Assembly: GCA_010909165.1 (NCBI GenBank)
Contig: MU008195.1
Location: 124,001 to 188,000, forward strand
DNA: 64,000 nt
Source of the DNA: Anthoceros angustus
Lineage: Eukaryota > Plantae > Anthocerotophyta
Direction: 5' to 3'
In this document: piece by piece, positions 36,617-51,732 of the stretch
How positions within the stretch are numbered: the first letter of the stretch is position 1
Layout of the letters: every line of letters begins with the position of its first letter
Program-made: the position numbers and the translations under genes
Notes under the pieces: generated by a model
Databases searched by the model: none
Told to the model about the DNA's origin: nothing
Seen by the model: the letters and a program-made list of their open reading frames with translations, nothing else

Positions 36617-37498
36617 ATGGACGTGGAAGAGACGCTGTTGTGGCTCGTGTTCAGGCGGCTGGACAGCAAGAGCCTGGCCGCTGCATGTGTGGTCTCAAGG
36701 GAGTGGCTGAAGGCAGCGAGGGATGAGGACCTGTGGAAGCATCTGTCGTGCGAGAAATGGCCTTCTCTTGCCACAGACGGTGGGAGGCGCGTGATGGAGT
36801 CGTTCGGAGGAAGCTACAGGGAGTTCTACGCGCAGAGGAGCAGGGCAGCGCGGTTTCGATCGCATCCGCCTCCCAATCTACAAGTGTATGATCTCAATGT
36901 TCTTCTGGACATTCAGTTTAACGGGGACACGGTTGCTTCTGTCATTCGGCGAGGGGATGAGATGACTCCGATCCATAGCTGGGAAGGGAGTATGTTTCGG
37001 TTCTCCTTGGATATAACAAACGCAGATCTGGCAAGGACACCGGCGTTGGTGAAGGTCAGTTCTTTGGATCCCCGAACCGGAACTTCCCAGGGCCCGCCTG
37101 GAGAGGCAGTGGATTGCCATGGCCACGCCCTGAGGAAGCTTAGAAGATCCGAGATCAAGAATTTTGATGTGAGTTGGGCCATCATGGTGCAAGGAAGCTC
37201 CAAGATTGTGCAGGTCCTTCAGACAAGGGGCGGTACTTTTGTGGACAATGTGTGCTCTTTCTCTAGCCGGCTGCCTCGCATTGTTGGATATCCGGTGACT
37301 GCAAGCAATCTCATGGCGGAAGTGGATCTGGTGTTTGAATCCACTCGAGATCCACGAGCAAGCAACAGTCGGACATTCCTTCGCTACTCTACCTTCAAGG
37401 AGATCCGCGTGAGCGTGATCAATGCAGACTCCTGGCGATACGTATCTCACGAAGAGGCTCTGGGATATTTGCAACATCTGCTCCAACATCACGACTGA
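36617..37498 (+). CDS. Intronless F-box protein with plant-specific C-terminal domain
   Basis: LLWLVFRRLDSKSLAAACVVSREWLKAARDEDLWKHLS is an F-box signature; the ORF is 293 aa. Confidence 0.85.
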   Translation: MDVEETLLWLVFRRLDSKSLAAACVVSREWLKAARDEDLWKHLSCEKWPSLATDGGRRVMESFGGSYREFYAQRSRAARFRSHPPPNLQVYDLNVLLDIQFNGDTVASVIRRGDEMTPIHSWEGSMFRFSLDITNADLARTPALVKVSSLDPRTGTSQGPPGEAVDCHGHALRKLRRSEIKNFDVSWAIMVQGSSKIVQVLQTRGGTFVDNVCSFSSRLPRIVGYPVTASNLMAEVDLVFESTRDPRASNSRTFLRYSTFKEIRVSVINADSWRYVSHEEALGYLQHLLQHHD

Positions 37499-37864
37499 GG
37501 AGCGCAAGTGAAGCTGGCCTTTTGCCAGTTTATTTTAGTTCTTTTTCTGCGTTGAAGTAGAATCCGCGTAGAAATATTGGCAGCTCCTCTAAGAACCGTT
37601 TTAAAATCAGCTTTTGACATAATAACACGGATCACCATATCTATCATCATAACTCTTAAACATACATCCTGCCTCGTCGACTTTTTGTAAGAGTCCGGGC
37701 GGCTGATGACAATACTCCCTCTATACGTCACTGATTCCTGGAGGTGGCGAAGGGAAACAAGCAGCAGAATCCTAACCTGAAGAAACCCGAAGGATCAGAC
37801 TGCCTTGCCTGCCTTCTTCAGACGGCCCAAGCACCGACTGAGCCACAAATTATGTTAATCCGAC

Positions 37865-40800
37865 TTAACTGAAATCTGATCTACCATGGAATCCAAAGTC
37901 AAGCGCAACTACAGATGTATTGTCTCTTGTGCGCATGATACGAGCCTTGGTTACAAGCAGCTCTGCTATGCTTTCTGCGATTCCGTGCCTCCCCTTGATC
38001 GTGTTCCCATTCTGAGCCTACACATGACATGGTGGGACGAATCAGTCCAAAACGTCTTAAAAACATGTAATGAAGGGGAACAAAAGGGTACAGAAGTTGA
38101 CGTACCTCTACAGCCAGCTGCAAGGCACGCTTTGGGCTTAGTACATCCCACAGGCCATCACTGCATTGCCAGCAACAGAATCAGAGAAGGGTAAAATGAC
38201 ACCCTGCATCACAGGCTAAGTTGAGAAAACAAAAGGGTAACTGACCTGGCGATGATGGCCACAGCTCTGCTGTCAAGTGCGATCCGCAGGACTTCGCTGA
38301 CGTAGGGCTCTGAGGAAAAACTCTCTTCTTGCTCCTTCAAATATTTGTCCCCAAGCGCCCGTGCAATGTTCATTCCTGGAAAGAACTTGGACTATGTGAC
38401 AAAGCCACAGTCGAACAAACTGGATGCACCTAGGATACAGAGAATATAATCCAACTGGAAGAAGACAAGGAACAAAAGTGCTTGCACACAAACCACAGAT
38501 ACGGGTCTCCCCTTCTTTGAGCTGCTTTCCCATTTCTAGAAGGCGTGAACGCTCTGAGAGACTAGTGACTCTGTGGTCCTCTGTCATGCTGATCTGCTTA
38601 TCAGCAACACTGCATGACGGAAGATTCAAACAAGTCATTCAAACTTTGTCTTTTGCAGAGTCTTGATTCGAAAACTCCCATGAGAGAACACAAAGAGAGT
38701 TGCACAAGACAACGTTCACCTGAAGACACAAGCTGAGTCACCGACATTTGCACATTGTGCATAGAATCCCTGGTGTTCATCAAGCCAAACTAGAAGCACT
38801 GTAGCCGTGCAACCCTGAAAAGAAATGTCAACATCTCTTAAAGATGCTCAACATTAACCCGGACTCTGGTGGAGGGCCACAAGAGAACTGAATCCAGACA
38901 CACCAAGCCAGCACCAGAAAGGGCAGCATCACATCTAAGTTGCTCTACCTCGTAATCATTGTCAAGAGCAGCCTCTGTTTCTCTGAAAGCATCTCTTAGC
39001 ACGCTTGCAGCATCATGGTTTGTGAGGACCCAGCATCTCCTATCCTCATCCGATAGCAAGTCAGACAACCTTTGTGGCATTAGTCTGCACCACAAAAAGA
39101 ATCATCAGGCTAAGCTACCAAGCTTGGCGAACGTGTAGTCCTAATCTGTCATGTTCACAACAAATGAACATGGAATGGAAGTGATAACTTCTTCCACACT
39201 TCTCACATGATGCAGTAGGACTGCTAACGGTAATACCTCTCTCAACCAACTGTTTTCCTCATGTCTATGCGTGATTCGTCTTGTCTCTACCCCACTTCTT
39301 GCCAACAGGAAGACATACAGACCATAGGCCACATGAGCAAGCCCAAGGAGGTAAGGGGAAGCAAAGACTGGCTGCAATGTTGCATTTTGAGCATGTCTGC
39401 TGTTAACTCCCACTCAGCATTTCAGGACAGCTAGAAACGAGAAGGACTAAAATAACATCCACTGCCCGATCAAGTTTAAGGAATTCCCATACACATACCT
39501 GCTAACAGCTTCTGCAGCTGCTGCACCACCATGTCCGTCAAAGACACAGAATATACCAAACTGCAACACATTGCAAACATGATTAGATCACAAGGAGTAG
39601 CAAGACCAACAACAGAACGTCGAGCAAGGGGTCACACTCCACACACCTCTGGAACACCTCGAAGTGGCCATTCACAATGGCATACATCCTCCATAGGTAG
39701 TTTCTTTCCTCCCTTGCGCATACTCATTGGATCAGCCGCAACACCAACTCCAAAGGGCACAGAAGAGATGAATGAGCTGAAGTCTTCAAATCCGTTCAGG
39801 ATACGCACCTATGAAACAAATAGGTGTCTCTGCACACCTTTAGGACGTGCAGAGCATTTCTTTCTCACCCTGGCACTGCTTCAAACAGTCATCCTTGTAA
39901 CCCCATTCTTGCAAAGACAAATTTAACTATGAGCTTTTACCAGCACTTCAGAGCTTGATCCAAGAGTGACAATGTCCCCATTTGAAAGTCCAATAGGTGT
40001 TCCCTGTTGCCTGGCTTGACTGTTTGAATTCTGAGTTGCAGCAATGGACTGATGGTTCAAGAGGGTGCCATTCAAACTCCCTAGGTCCACAATCTCCCAT
40101 TTCGAGACCTGCTAACGTGCAGGGCAGATTATTGGTGTTGAATTCATGTGAGATAGTCTGACATGAAACACAAGGTTTTACATGGCAGACTAGGATGACG
40201 GACTTAAACGCACTGGAAAACTACGCTGGCGATCCAAGTCACCTTCGAATTCCAAGAAATGAGCCCATGCTTGCCCGAAACCTCAGGATCATTGAGGACC
40301 AGATCATTTTGCGGGACTCGTCCCAATGTCAGAGACAGTCTTGACCCAGTTTTGGACTCCCGTACAACGCACACTCCAGAAGAGGGTCCCGAGATCACCT
40401 CAAGGGATAACCTACAATCTGCACACGTGATCTCTTAAGCTAAGTTTCCACCCAAACGCCCAAACCAACAGCACCTACAAGAAAAGAACTCGAACCAGCT
40501 CCCCAACACAAAACCAAAACAGGGCAGGGGAACGGAGCCATACTGTGACTAGGTTTGCAAGGAAGGACAAATTTCGGGGGAGGAGCAGTAGTAGCAGCAG
40601 CACTCTTATCTTTATCACCATGCTCAACACCTGGCGCTTGTTTGGTGTCTTCAGCACTAGCTGGTCTAGAGCGCTTATTCCGCAAAGTTTCACCAAGGTA
40701 CAAATCTTCCTGAATCAAAGGTTCGGAGGCCTCCGACACCTGCAAGTCCAGCAGCAGACAACACACAAAAACAACACCATCACCCACAACTCACTTGCCG

Positions 40801-40961
40801 AGCTGCTGCCCCAGCCACATCCTCACCACCGCCAAACCTAAATGACCCACCTCCTTGGCCTTAGACTGCTGACACCAACGGCGCATTGATCTGTACAATC
40901 CATATCCCACCAACACAATCGCTCCGACAACCAACACCTCTCCAAAAATCTTCTCTGACAT
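37865..40961 (-). CDS. KAPP: Kinase-associated protein phosphatase (TM anchor + FHA + PP2C), multi-exon
   Basis: First exon MSEKIFGEVLVVGAIVLVGYGLY (signal anchor). FHA motifs LTLGRVPQNDLVLNDPEVSGKH and VDLGSLNGT. PP2C motifs MTEDHR, DGLWDVLS and RTRDNTSVVALDF. Stop at 37865. Confidence 0.9.
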
Positions 40962-42504
40962 TCTCATGCATCGGCCCCACGGAGAGAGCTCGCACCACTA
41001 ATCCAGGAGCGCCAATTCCAAACTCCCGATCCTGCAGATCCAAGGACCCACTAATCAAATTTCAAACCCAACCCAACGGACCACGCAGCGCACTCCCAGC
41101 CAATGCCACCACCGAACCCACCACACACCTCCTCCTCACCGCATCCAAGTGCAATTCAAAACGCCAAGCAACGTCATTCAAATCCGAAACCCGTCACGTG
41201 CAGCAGCGGCACAGGCACGGAATTGCAAACCTAAGGCTTGCGTGGGAGCTGAGATTGGGTGGAGACGGAACTAAAAGCAGGGCAGCCGGGGCGGTGTGAG
41301 AAGCCTGAGGCCGGAGGCGGAGCAGGAACCGGTGCCGGAGACGATGCAGATCAACGTTGCTGCTGTTGGCTGTGCCCGTCCGTCAGCGGGCCTCACAGCC
41401 GACAGGCTGGGCAGGACAAGGACGCTGCAGAGCCGTGGGCCACCATGGCCATGCCGAACCATGGGCCTGGCTGGGCCCTCCCACTCTGTGTGCTCACTGT
41501 GAACGGCAACCACATGGAAGTCCTGCCCATTTCCCCCCAATTTGCAGCCCCCCTTATACATGCCTCTCGTTCTCCATCCCTACTTTTTATCCCTTCCAAC
41601 ATTACCTGCACAGACGATTCTACACCGTTTTTCTTTTACTCTGTCACCACCACACGGTTCTAACTCTCAACTCACGACTGCACCGTCTTGTCACGAACCC
41701 AGCAAGAAAATAAAAGATATACGTAGATAAACTTTACTATGGGAGTACCTACGATTCTTGTGAAGGTGGGTAGGGCATACATTTGAAGGTCGAGGTCACA
41801 CTTGGTAGGAACTGCTTTTCGGCATAGGAGAACCATACACCTATCAATGTAGGTATTGCTCGACTTCTACTGGATTTATGTTGTTCTATGCTGGAATTGT
41901 GAAGGATCTTTTACACTTGATAAGTAGTTTCAGCGCAAATTCGAAAGGCAAGTTGAACTCAAATCCAGCACAAATTGGTCTCTTACAGCGATTTAAAATT
42001 TGAAATTTTTTCCCCCAAAAATTATTACGTTCGATTTACAATGGTCATTATATTTATACCAGTTTGAATTATATAAGCTCATCACTAGCTATAGTCCTAA
42101 GAGAATGTGGAGGGAGGCTTAGGGACTACCGTATCCCGAGGGGTGGTTCAACATGGCAATGCCGGAATAATTATTATTTGAAAAAGATAAAGTTCAACAT
42201 AAATATTTATATTTTAAAATTTCAAAATTTATGAAAAATAATTTTATCAAATTTCAACATTCATTAGAATACATAGGTATTTGTATAGAATTAATAGATA
42301 TGTATAGACCTCCCCTAAACATGTCCTAATTTCCCACACAAATCCTAGTTTCCTTGTTTCCGGCATCTTAAACTTGTAAACTTTTACACATTGGGCGTTT
42401 TGAGTATAGTAATTTTTGGATTTTTAAATTTTACTAATTTTAATTAATTAACACCGAATCACCCTTCAGGATACGATAGTCTAAATTATGTAAGAGAAAT
42501 ATGT

Positions 42505-42664
42505 AGAAGAAGAAGAAAAAGTCTATTATAGTCCACTTGGATGGTGTTTTCCAATCACGGGACTTGGTACTTAGCAACTTCAACCATGATGTCCTTAAAG
42601 CTAACATCAAGAGCATCCACCCCTTTAGGCACCCCATCTAAGTACGGATTGAAGCACAAGATGC
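42505..42664 (-). repeat. Dispersed ~160-bp repeat with (TTC)n tail; probable SINE/LINE 3' end (copy 2)
   Basis: The reverse complement aligns with 4893-5056. Confidence 0.65.
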
Positions 42665-42669
42665 AACAG

Positions 42670-43160
42670 GCATGTTCTTATAAATGTGTTTATTTGATCC
42701 ATAGATGAGGGACCATTTTTGCACCACATTGGACACGACGAACAAACAAATTCTGACTTGCCACCAGGATGTTTAATAACCATGTTCTTATAAACATGTG
42801 TTCGTGTGTCCATTTGGCCTATAGATGATGGACCATTTTTGCACCATATCGGACCCGACGAACAAATTCTTTAACTTGCCACGTTCTTATAAATGTGTTT
42901 CTATTTGGCCTATAGATGAGGGCGCAAATTTTGACTTGTCACGTTCTTATAAATGTGTGTCCATTTGGCCTATAGATGAGGGACCATTCCTACACCACAT
43001 CAGACTCGACGTACGAACAAATTCTAACTTGTTAAACTTGAACCAAGGACTTAAGGATTGCTTCTTGGCTCGAACCAAGGACTTAAGGATTGCTTGCTGG
43101 ATTGGAACCAAGCACTCAAGGATTGCTTGCTAGATTCAAACCAAGGACTTAACCCAAGGA
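42670..43160. repeat. Two adjacent tandem arrays: four irregular 60-110-bp modules, then four 32-33-bp units
   Basis: TATAGATGAGGG-type cores at about 42701, 42821, 42911 and 42971. AACCAAGGACTTAAGGATTGC-type units at 43041, 43073, 43106 and 43139 (the last partial). Confidence 0.85.
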
Positions 43161-43873
43161 TGACGAATCTATTCAAAACAAGTCTTTCATGATATATATC
43201 ACTCTATACAATTAATTCACCCATATTTTGAACTTGCCAACCTTGAGCACATATTCCGGTGGCCTGGTCCTTTAAAAAAAATGGGAAAAATACCTCAAAA
43301 TCCGACCTCTACTTCGAAGATTCCAGTAGATGTTTTTAACCCAAGCCAATTTATCCGCGATTACCTATAACGGGGCGTTCCCCTACCTCACGGCACATCG
43401 CTCGGCCATCGCGGCATGCAATCTGCGATTTGGTGTGCGTTATCATAGTGCATATGTGGAACGCAGTTTTCATGTATATAGGGGTTCATGCAAGGTATTT
43501 GGCCTTAGTGAAAATTCTTTGGTAATCAAATGTGACTTTTTGACTCCGTTCTTTTGCACATACCTAGAGGATAGTGTTGGGTTCCTTGAGAATGTTTGCT
43601 CAAGGAAGTGTGGACTGTAGCATCCTAAATAAAAAAAAAATTCCACCCGAAAACCAAAAGGCTCCGGACAAATTACATCGATTTTGGTGCAAGAAAATGC
43701 ACGCATAATAATCATGAGTGACATTCATCATTTCAAAGAGAATGAAACGTTCGTAATTATGGTGTAGACCGAAAAATGAAAAACATTAACATGCCATTCG
43801 AAAAAATACAATGAATATTTGAGCATAAAAATAGCACAAAAGCCCCTCATTATTCCAGGTTTAAGTATAAGTA

Positions 43874-44005
43874 TTGCTTTCCCGCTACAAGTCCCCTACT
43901 CTATCAATAAATTTTAACTTGTCAGATTCGAATTGCTTTCCCGCCACAATTCCCTTACTCTATCAACAAATTCTAACTTGCGATTGCTCTCTGGCTACAA
44001 GTCCT
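43874..44005 (+). repeat. ~59-bp tandem repeat (about 2.5 copies) carrying two TTTCCCGC E2F-consensus octamers
   Basis: TTTCCCGC at 43878-43885 and 43937-43944, with shared downstream ACTCTATCAA..AAATT.TAACTTG. Confidence 0.7.
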
Positions 44006-44921
44006 CCGAGCTTAAGTCAAATGATGTTCGTTTTCATACCATTGAAGCACTTTCTATGTTATTTGATATATTCTTGGAAGGTGGACTATAATGGCCATAT
44101 ATTCCTAAAATAGTTAACAAATTGTATGATAAAAAATAAATTATGAACAGATCAAATATTAAATACTAGACCTAATAAATCGATTGTGGATAAGAGTGTG
44201 GAAAAGCTAGAGCTCCAAGCTCTCTTTTTTCTACATGAAATAAAATTTATTTGATACATAATATTTTTACTAAAGTAGATAAATAATATCAATATTCAAC
44301 ATAGTAAGATATAATATTTAGCATAATCTATTAAATCGCAAATTTCCTTTTAGGAAAGGATGAATGACTGTTTCCACGGACTTGTTTCAAGGTTTGTCAA
44401 AGAAAAAACAGGCAATCACACCAAATGCAACCTGTCGTGGTTTACCAACATCTCAGATCACGTCCAGCTCACGGTCCCCTCATCCAGCCACCAGGGTTAG
44501 TGTTTAGTCGAGCGGCAGCGAAGGAGGCCTGAGATTCAACCAGTTCCGCCGAAACCCAGTCTCCGGATGTGAATCGTGCGGAGATTACATACAGAACAAG
44601 CAGCATGTTCCAAGCCATAAATCCAGTCGGGCCTGCCTGACGAAGGGTAAACGTAACGACAACACGGGATGTCCTGAACGTCAATTCTGGCTTTCGCAGG
44701 GGGGAACGCTTTGACGAGCAGGAGACTAGCAATTGCCGCAAGGGGAAATGGAATGCCAGAGGAAATCCTGTCGGCAGACGACAGTCCGGGGAAGGAAGAC
44801 GTAGCGCGGGCGGGCGTCGGGGGGGAGGTAGATGATGCGAACAAAAATTTGTTACCAAGCACCTACGTGATGGACAGGGCAGGGATGGAAGGGAACTGCT
44901 CTACACAAGACTACAGATTTC

Positions 44922-46502
<1,581 letters not shown>

Positions 46503-47071
46503 TCAGTCTTGTCCTCATCAACTATTGTGCATCACACAATGACAAAGGTCGGACACCAATTTTTAATCAGGCAACACAGGGCATTAAAGTGACTGCCACG
46601 TACCAGAATTTGGTGCCGCTCCTGCCAAATCCTTCGACCCGCACTCACAACGTCATCAAGCCATCCTGGGAAACGGAGCTAATTGGCTGCATATTTGTAA
46701 CCGGACCGGACAAATCAATCCAGGTAGGGATATGCTGTTCCCCAAACCGGCATATGCCAGCTAAGCTTGTACTTGGTGTCAGGAACTCTGGCAGATGGCC
46801 CGAAAAGACAGACAGACGCTCACTACACACACGCAAACTAAGACTCTCGCTCTTTTTCTTTCTCCTCCACGAGGTTCGGCAGCAACAAGAGGACGAGCTC
46901 AGTTCTTGCCAGCGGTGATACAACAGACTTGTTGTACGAATAGTACAAACATCGACGAGAAGAAACAGGTAGAAATGGAGCTCCTCCATGTAGGTGGTCA
47001 GGTCAGACCTCAGACGGGGTGGTCAGGTCAGACCTCAAACTGGATGACGATTTCACGTGTTCATTGAACTT

Positions 47072-47200
47072 CATCATTCCATCCACGGTCATCTTCACTT
47101 GGGTACCAAAACATCACAAGTAGAGAAGAGCAGAGTCCATCATTCCATGGCCATCTTCACTTGGGTACCAGAACATCACAGGTAGAGAAGAGCATAGAGC
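47072..47200. repeat. ~60-bp tandem duplication between SQD1 and RanBPM
   Basis: CATCTTCACTTGGGTACCA(A/G)AACATCACA(A/G)GTAGAGAAGAGCA occurs twice in tandem. Confidence 0.85.
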
Positions 47201-47387
47201 GGGGTATCTGCGTGCTCACAGCGAAAGAGAGTCGGAAGAAAACATCCTGTTCTGCTCGCTGAATTCAGGGTCGGAGGTTGCGCGTCGTGATTGCTTATTC
47301 CAAATTCCTGTGAGTGTGGCCCATGGCCCAAGTCATGCTGGCTAACAAGCTTCAGAAAAAATGGAACTACCAGTGAAGTGACAGACC

Positions 47388-48803
47388 CTACCAGCCCCCA
47401 TCCTTCCCACGTTGCAAAATCCGCTGCAGGGAAAACACCTCCCCCTGACCCCCATTCAGAGAGCACCTTTCCACGTCACATGCTGTGAGTTGCCGAAGGA
47501 GCTTCTCCAGAGCCGACTGTGGGAGCTTATCTGGCTGCTGAAGGGAAGGGTTCTGTGCTAGCACCACGGCGTTGACAGCATCTGCGATGGTCTCTCGTTG
47601 CCCCAGCCCCAGCAGGTAACCGACTGGGGAGTCTGCCGGTTTCTCGTACGCCAAGAGTGCAAGGCAGTCCTGAAGGTGCAGGTCCTGTGTCGGGGACTTG
47701 TGGAAGAAATGTGCCAGCTCCTTCCGAGCGTAAGCCACCGCAATCTCCAATGCACCGCCCTTGATGAGCTCCACAAACTTCTGGCAGTGCAACAGAAAGG
47801 TTAAGGTGGACTTGTCATCCTCCAGCAGCTCCGGGTACCACTCCTGCAGCTTGGCAAACACGCCGTCCACATCCCCCATCCTACACAGCCTGCGCAGAAC
47901 CTTCCGGTGCTCCAGAGCAAAGCTCTCGCTGTCCTGAACACTCTTGTTGTCCACAACCGGGGGGAAGGCACCACCACTGGCAGCATCGAAGGCAGCAAGC
48001 GTGTCCTGGTAACCATAGTGAAGCAGATACCCACGCACCACACTGTGACTTACACTGAAGGACAAGGGCAAATTCTCCACCTGCTTGTTCCGCTTCTCCC
48101 GCTCCTCGTGCACGAAAGCCTCCACATCAAACACAAAGGGACGCTGCCCAAAGTTCAACTCCACCTTCTCGTTAGGGCTGTGCAACCCTACGGTGGGAAA
48201 AAGGGGGGTCTTCAGCTCCTTGAACAAGGTCCCCACCAGCTTCCCATTCTTGGTAAAGAAGAGCTCTCTGGCAGCGTAGTTGATGCCCGCACCGACGGTA
48301 TCCCCGGTGGTGAACGTGGGACCGAAATGCATGTCAGTCCTCCCCGTCCCCTGATACAACTTGCCATCATCCCCATGGTATCCATAGCTCCCGGGCTCCC
48401 ACCCTACCTGCCGGGTCTTCTTAAAGTTCTCCTCGGCAAACCCCACGGATATGCACCCCCGCCCTCCCCGCTCCTTGATGTGCACTTCGAAGTAGTACAG
48501 CAGCCTCCGCACAGGAGCGTGCCGGTTGGCCTGCACGGCTCCCACATCGTTGCCATGCGTGCCCTCCCCGGTATACGACGCCGTCAGCTTGTCGGTGGAG
48601 ATCACCAAAAAGCATCCGCAATTGGCCGTGTTGAGATAAGAGGGGGCCTCCTCTTCCACCTCATCCTCATCCTCTCCACCTCTCAAGCCTGATCGGCGGG
48701 CAGTAAGAGAGGCCAGCGCTCCTGCCAAGGCTGCCAGCGTGGCCAACGAACAGGGGTGAGACTCTAGATTACCCACCTTGACCGATTCCGTCACCCCCCG
48801 CAC
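47388..48803 (-). CDS. RanBPM: Ran-binding protein M homolog (SPRY-LisH-CTLH-CRA; CTLH/GID E3 ligase subunit); body intronless, true start in an unresolved upstream exon
   Basis: DVGAVQANR, YYFEV, GYHGDDG, FFTKNG, YLLHYGYQDTL, LHCQKFVELI and LQDCLALLAY. The ORF lacks an early in-frame ATG; a phase-compatible GTGAGT donor near 49010 and AG acceptors near 48730 exist. Confidence 0.92.
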   Translation of the reverse strand: MRGVTESVKVGNLESHPCSLATLAALAGALASLTARRSGLRGGEDEDEVEEEAPSYLNTANCGCFLVISTDKLTASYTGEGTHGNDVGAVQANRHAPVRRLLYYFEVHIKERGGRGCISVGFAEENFKKTRQVGWEPGSYGYHGDDGKLYQGTGRTDMHFGPTFTTGDTVGAGINYAARELFFTKNGKLVGTLFKELKTPLFPTVGLHSPNEKVELNFGQRPFVFDVEAFVHEEREKRNKQVENLPLSFSVSHSVVRGYLLHYGYQDTLAAFDAASGGAFPPVVDNKSVQDSESFALEHRKVLRRLCRMGDVDGVFAKLQEWYPELLEDDKSTLTFLLHCQKFVELIKGGALEIAVAYARKELAHFFHKSPTQDLHLQDCLALLAYEKPADSPVGYLLGLGQRETIADAVNAVVLAQNPSLQQPDKLPQSALEKLLRQLTACDVERCSLNGGQGEVFSLQRILQRGKDGGW

Positions 48804-51732
48804 AAGCTACTGCTGCTTGATGCTGCTGATGCCTTCCTCTTCACACCAACGCCTTTCTCTTCACACCAACGCCTTCCTCTGCATCTGCACCGGCATGCCA
48901 GGCCTGCCTCAAGCCCTAACCCTCCCGCATCGCCCCGGCCAGTCTCCCGGATCTGCACCAGCTCCACCGCTCCGCACCAGCCTCAGGCCCCAGCAGCCAC
49001 CGACTCACCACATCCTGCCACCATCCCCAGCGCGCACCAGGGTTTCCAGATGCCGGCATGCATCAAATCCGCCACCATGCCACTGCTCGCAGCCCGCGAC
49101 CCCCGCCCTGCCGCCTTGCTGTCTCCGGGACGTGAGAAATATGAGTCCCTGAACCTGGACCGCCTCGCATCCGAGCTCTCAGCTTGCCCAAGCCTTCCTT
49201 CTTTGTGCTTCTCCTGCAACGAATGGACACAGTGGCTGCGGCATCTCACGGTAGGTGTTCGCTGCGCTTACAGTGAAAGTGCATTATTTCTGTTTAAAAA
49301 TATTAGATCCCGACTGCACACCGCATGTATGAGAGATGTGGAGACTTCATAAAAAGGAAGAGATTGGGATACCCCATCTACCCCGGGCCGATGGGAACAA
49401 CCCATTAAAGGGCCATGGGCTAGCCCCCGAATCTCGAACCCAAAATTGTCAACTCCTTTAAGAATGTGGTGGTCTAAGAAAAGGCTTACATATGACAGAA
49501 GAAAAGGCTTAATAACATAAGTATGATGTGGCCTCTCCCGCGTTCATTGCTCATTTACTCCTGCCCTAGATGGCCCATACTGAAAGAGGCTAAAGAGAGA
49601 ACCGTAAAAGGAAACTTAAAGTCCTTGTGCTTGTGCCCGATGTGATATTTCACACCCTTTACCCCAGAGCAAAGTTGAGCGCACAGTTTGACTATCCCAG
49701 AAGGGGGGAACTGCACTATTGGGGAGATCCTAGAAACAAACAATAGTAAGAAGATGCAAAACTACTTGGAACAAGCGACACAAGAGAATGCAAGGAACAA
49801 CCTGCGCACGACAGTCCGAGAGTATCAGGGTCAGAGAGGCACCGAGGGCTGGGGATAAAAATGTCCTCGACCTTTACCAGACATACAAAGTGTGCACTCC
49901 GTATGACGAACCCCAATAGGTTGGCCAAAGGCCCCCGCCACAATCCACCAGAGCCAATAACAATTATGCATTATATGTATGCACAATTGGTATCATAACC
50001 ACAAACCCATAAATCCACATAAATCCATAGATCATGCCCATGTGAACTGCTCATCATGTGGCTTACCTTAGGCTGCCCTCATTATATAGATGTACCCACA
50101 AACATATATATCCATGGCTTATCCTAGGGTTTAGTGGATCTCATCTCTCCGCCAACCTCTAGCAACGATGGCTGAACCTGATCAATTGCTCCCATGGCGC
50201 GCACACATCTACCGTGCTCTTGATAATAATCACATCGGAATTTCACTCCTTGAGTGTGGCAAGGAGCATCGTCATTTAAATAGCCTGTCAATAATTGGAG
50301 TTGGCCTTTGAAGGCAAACCTTGTATTTTCTTTCCTGAGGTTCTGCTACGTACGAGCTGGAAATTGAACTTGTTTGACCAGTTGACATATTTATAAGACT
50401 AATTAACACATGTGCCACATTATCGCACCACTACAATTCAATGTCTTGTTTCGACCTCCCATCTACCAGGCCTCTCTACCAGGTGCGGATGCCGACCAAT
50501 TGCAAGGCAGGCCTGATTGTCGTTGTTTTCGAAGTATCCTACAACGTTTTGATATGTGCTGCCTGAATTGCATAAACCTCATCCTCAAATTCCTAAGGCC
50601 TCAGCTTGAAGGCCAGGTCACAACAACGTTGAATTCTAAGATGATGTAGCTTAGCTATCCATGTTGGAGCATGTCTCCTATTTTAGATTGCATATACTTA
50701 ATTAGGCAGCAGTACCTGCGATGCAACAGGTATAACAGCGTTTGTGTAGAAAGAGGTTTCTCCTATCAAAAGGGGTTTTGGTAAAAATCCCAACCCTATT
50801 TCGCCAAAAAATCAAGATGGTTTGGTTTTTGTTGTTTTTTGTAGGTATTCATCCATCGGTTTCTGGCATTCTCAGCTCCGGTGCCACTTCCAGTCAAGTC
50901 ATTTACACCGAGCTGACGCCTTCTAATCAGATTCATGGCGATTTAGTCAGCGTGATGAAGGGTCAGTGCTCTCATTGTTCCAGAATTTCGTCATATCCGT
51001 AGTTTCTGCATTTTGTGTGGTTCTCTATGTTTTTGTATTCCAGGGAGGCCTAGGCGCGCACAAATGTGCACCTGGTACAATGCTATGCGCAAACTTGTGC
51101 GCGCACTGTGTAAAAAGAACGCGAAAAATGATCTTCTAATGGGGAAACATGTCCTTTTGGAGGTCTAAGGATGTGCCGGAACTCCCGACAAAATAACAAG
51201 TAGTAGACTTCGGTGAAGGTTCACCTAGACTGCTCTCATATATCTATCCTATGCCCTAATGCGACGAAGAACACCCTATCCCCTTGTTATCCTTTACGAT
51301 GTTTCCGTCTCTTTCGGCGGTGACCTAGTATCGGGTTATCATCAAACATGCCAGGGGGGCCCAGCTGGGTGAACAAGTGCGTGCACCAGCAGGGGCCCAG
51401 TGCGCACTGTGGGCAGGGGCCCAGTGCGCGCACTGGGGCAAGGGCCCAAGTGCGCGCCAAGCGCGCACCCAAGGTCAAGAAGGACCTAGGAGCATGAACC
51501 CATATGGTTCATGCCTGCTAGTGCATTCCCAGACGGTTCATCCAAAGAAAAAAAGAGCAAAAATTCTAAAAAACCACAAAAATATTCCTAAAAAGTCCAA
51601 TTTTTTGAGCCAAGTGCGCGCACTTGCCCTAAAATTTTGATATTTTTTGAATTTTTTGGTATTTTTTTGATATTTTTGTTGTTTTAAAGGGTTCCTTTCG
51701 ATGTTTTCAACCTTTTTTGTGCATCTCCCTAC

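Noticed and set aside
41259-41713. ORFs upstream of KAPP
   Set aside because: Short, mutually overlapping and motif-free; consistent with promoter/UTR sequence.
49330-49480. GGGTTCGAG B-box-like motif and T-tract on the minus strand suggesting a tRNA or SINE
   Set aside because: No convincing A box or cloverleaf and no second copy in the window.
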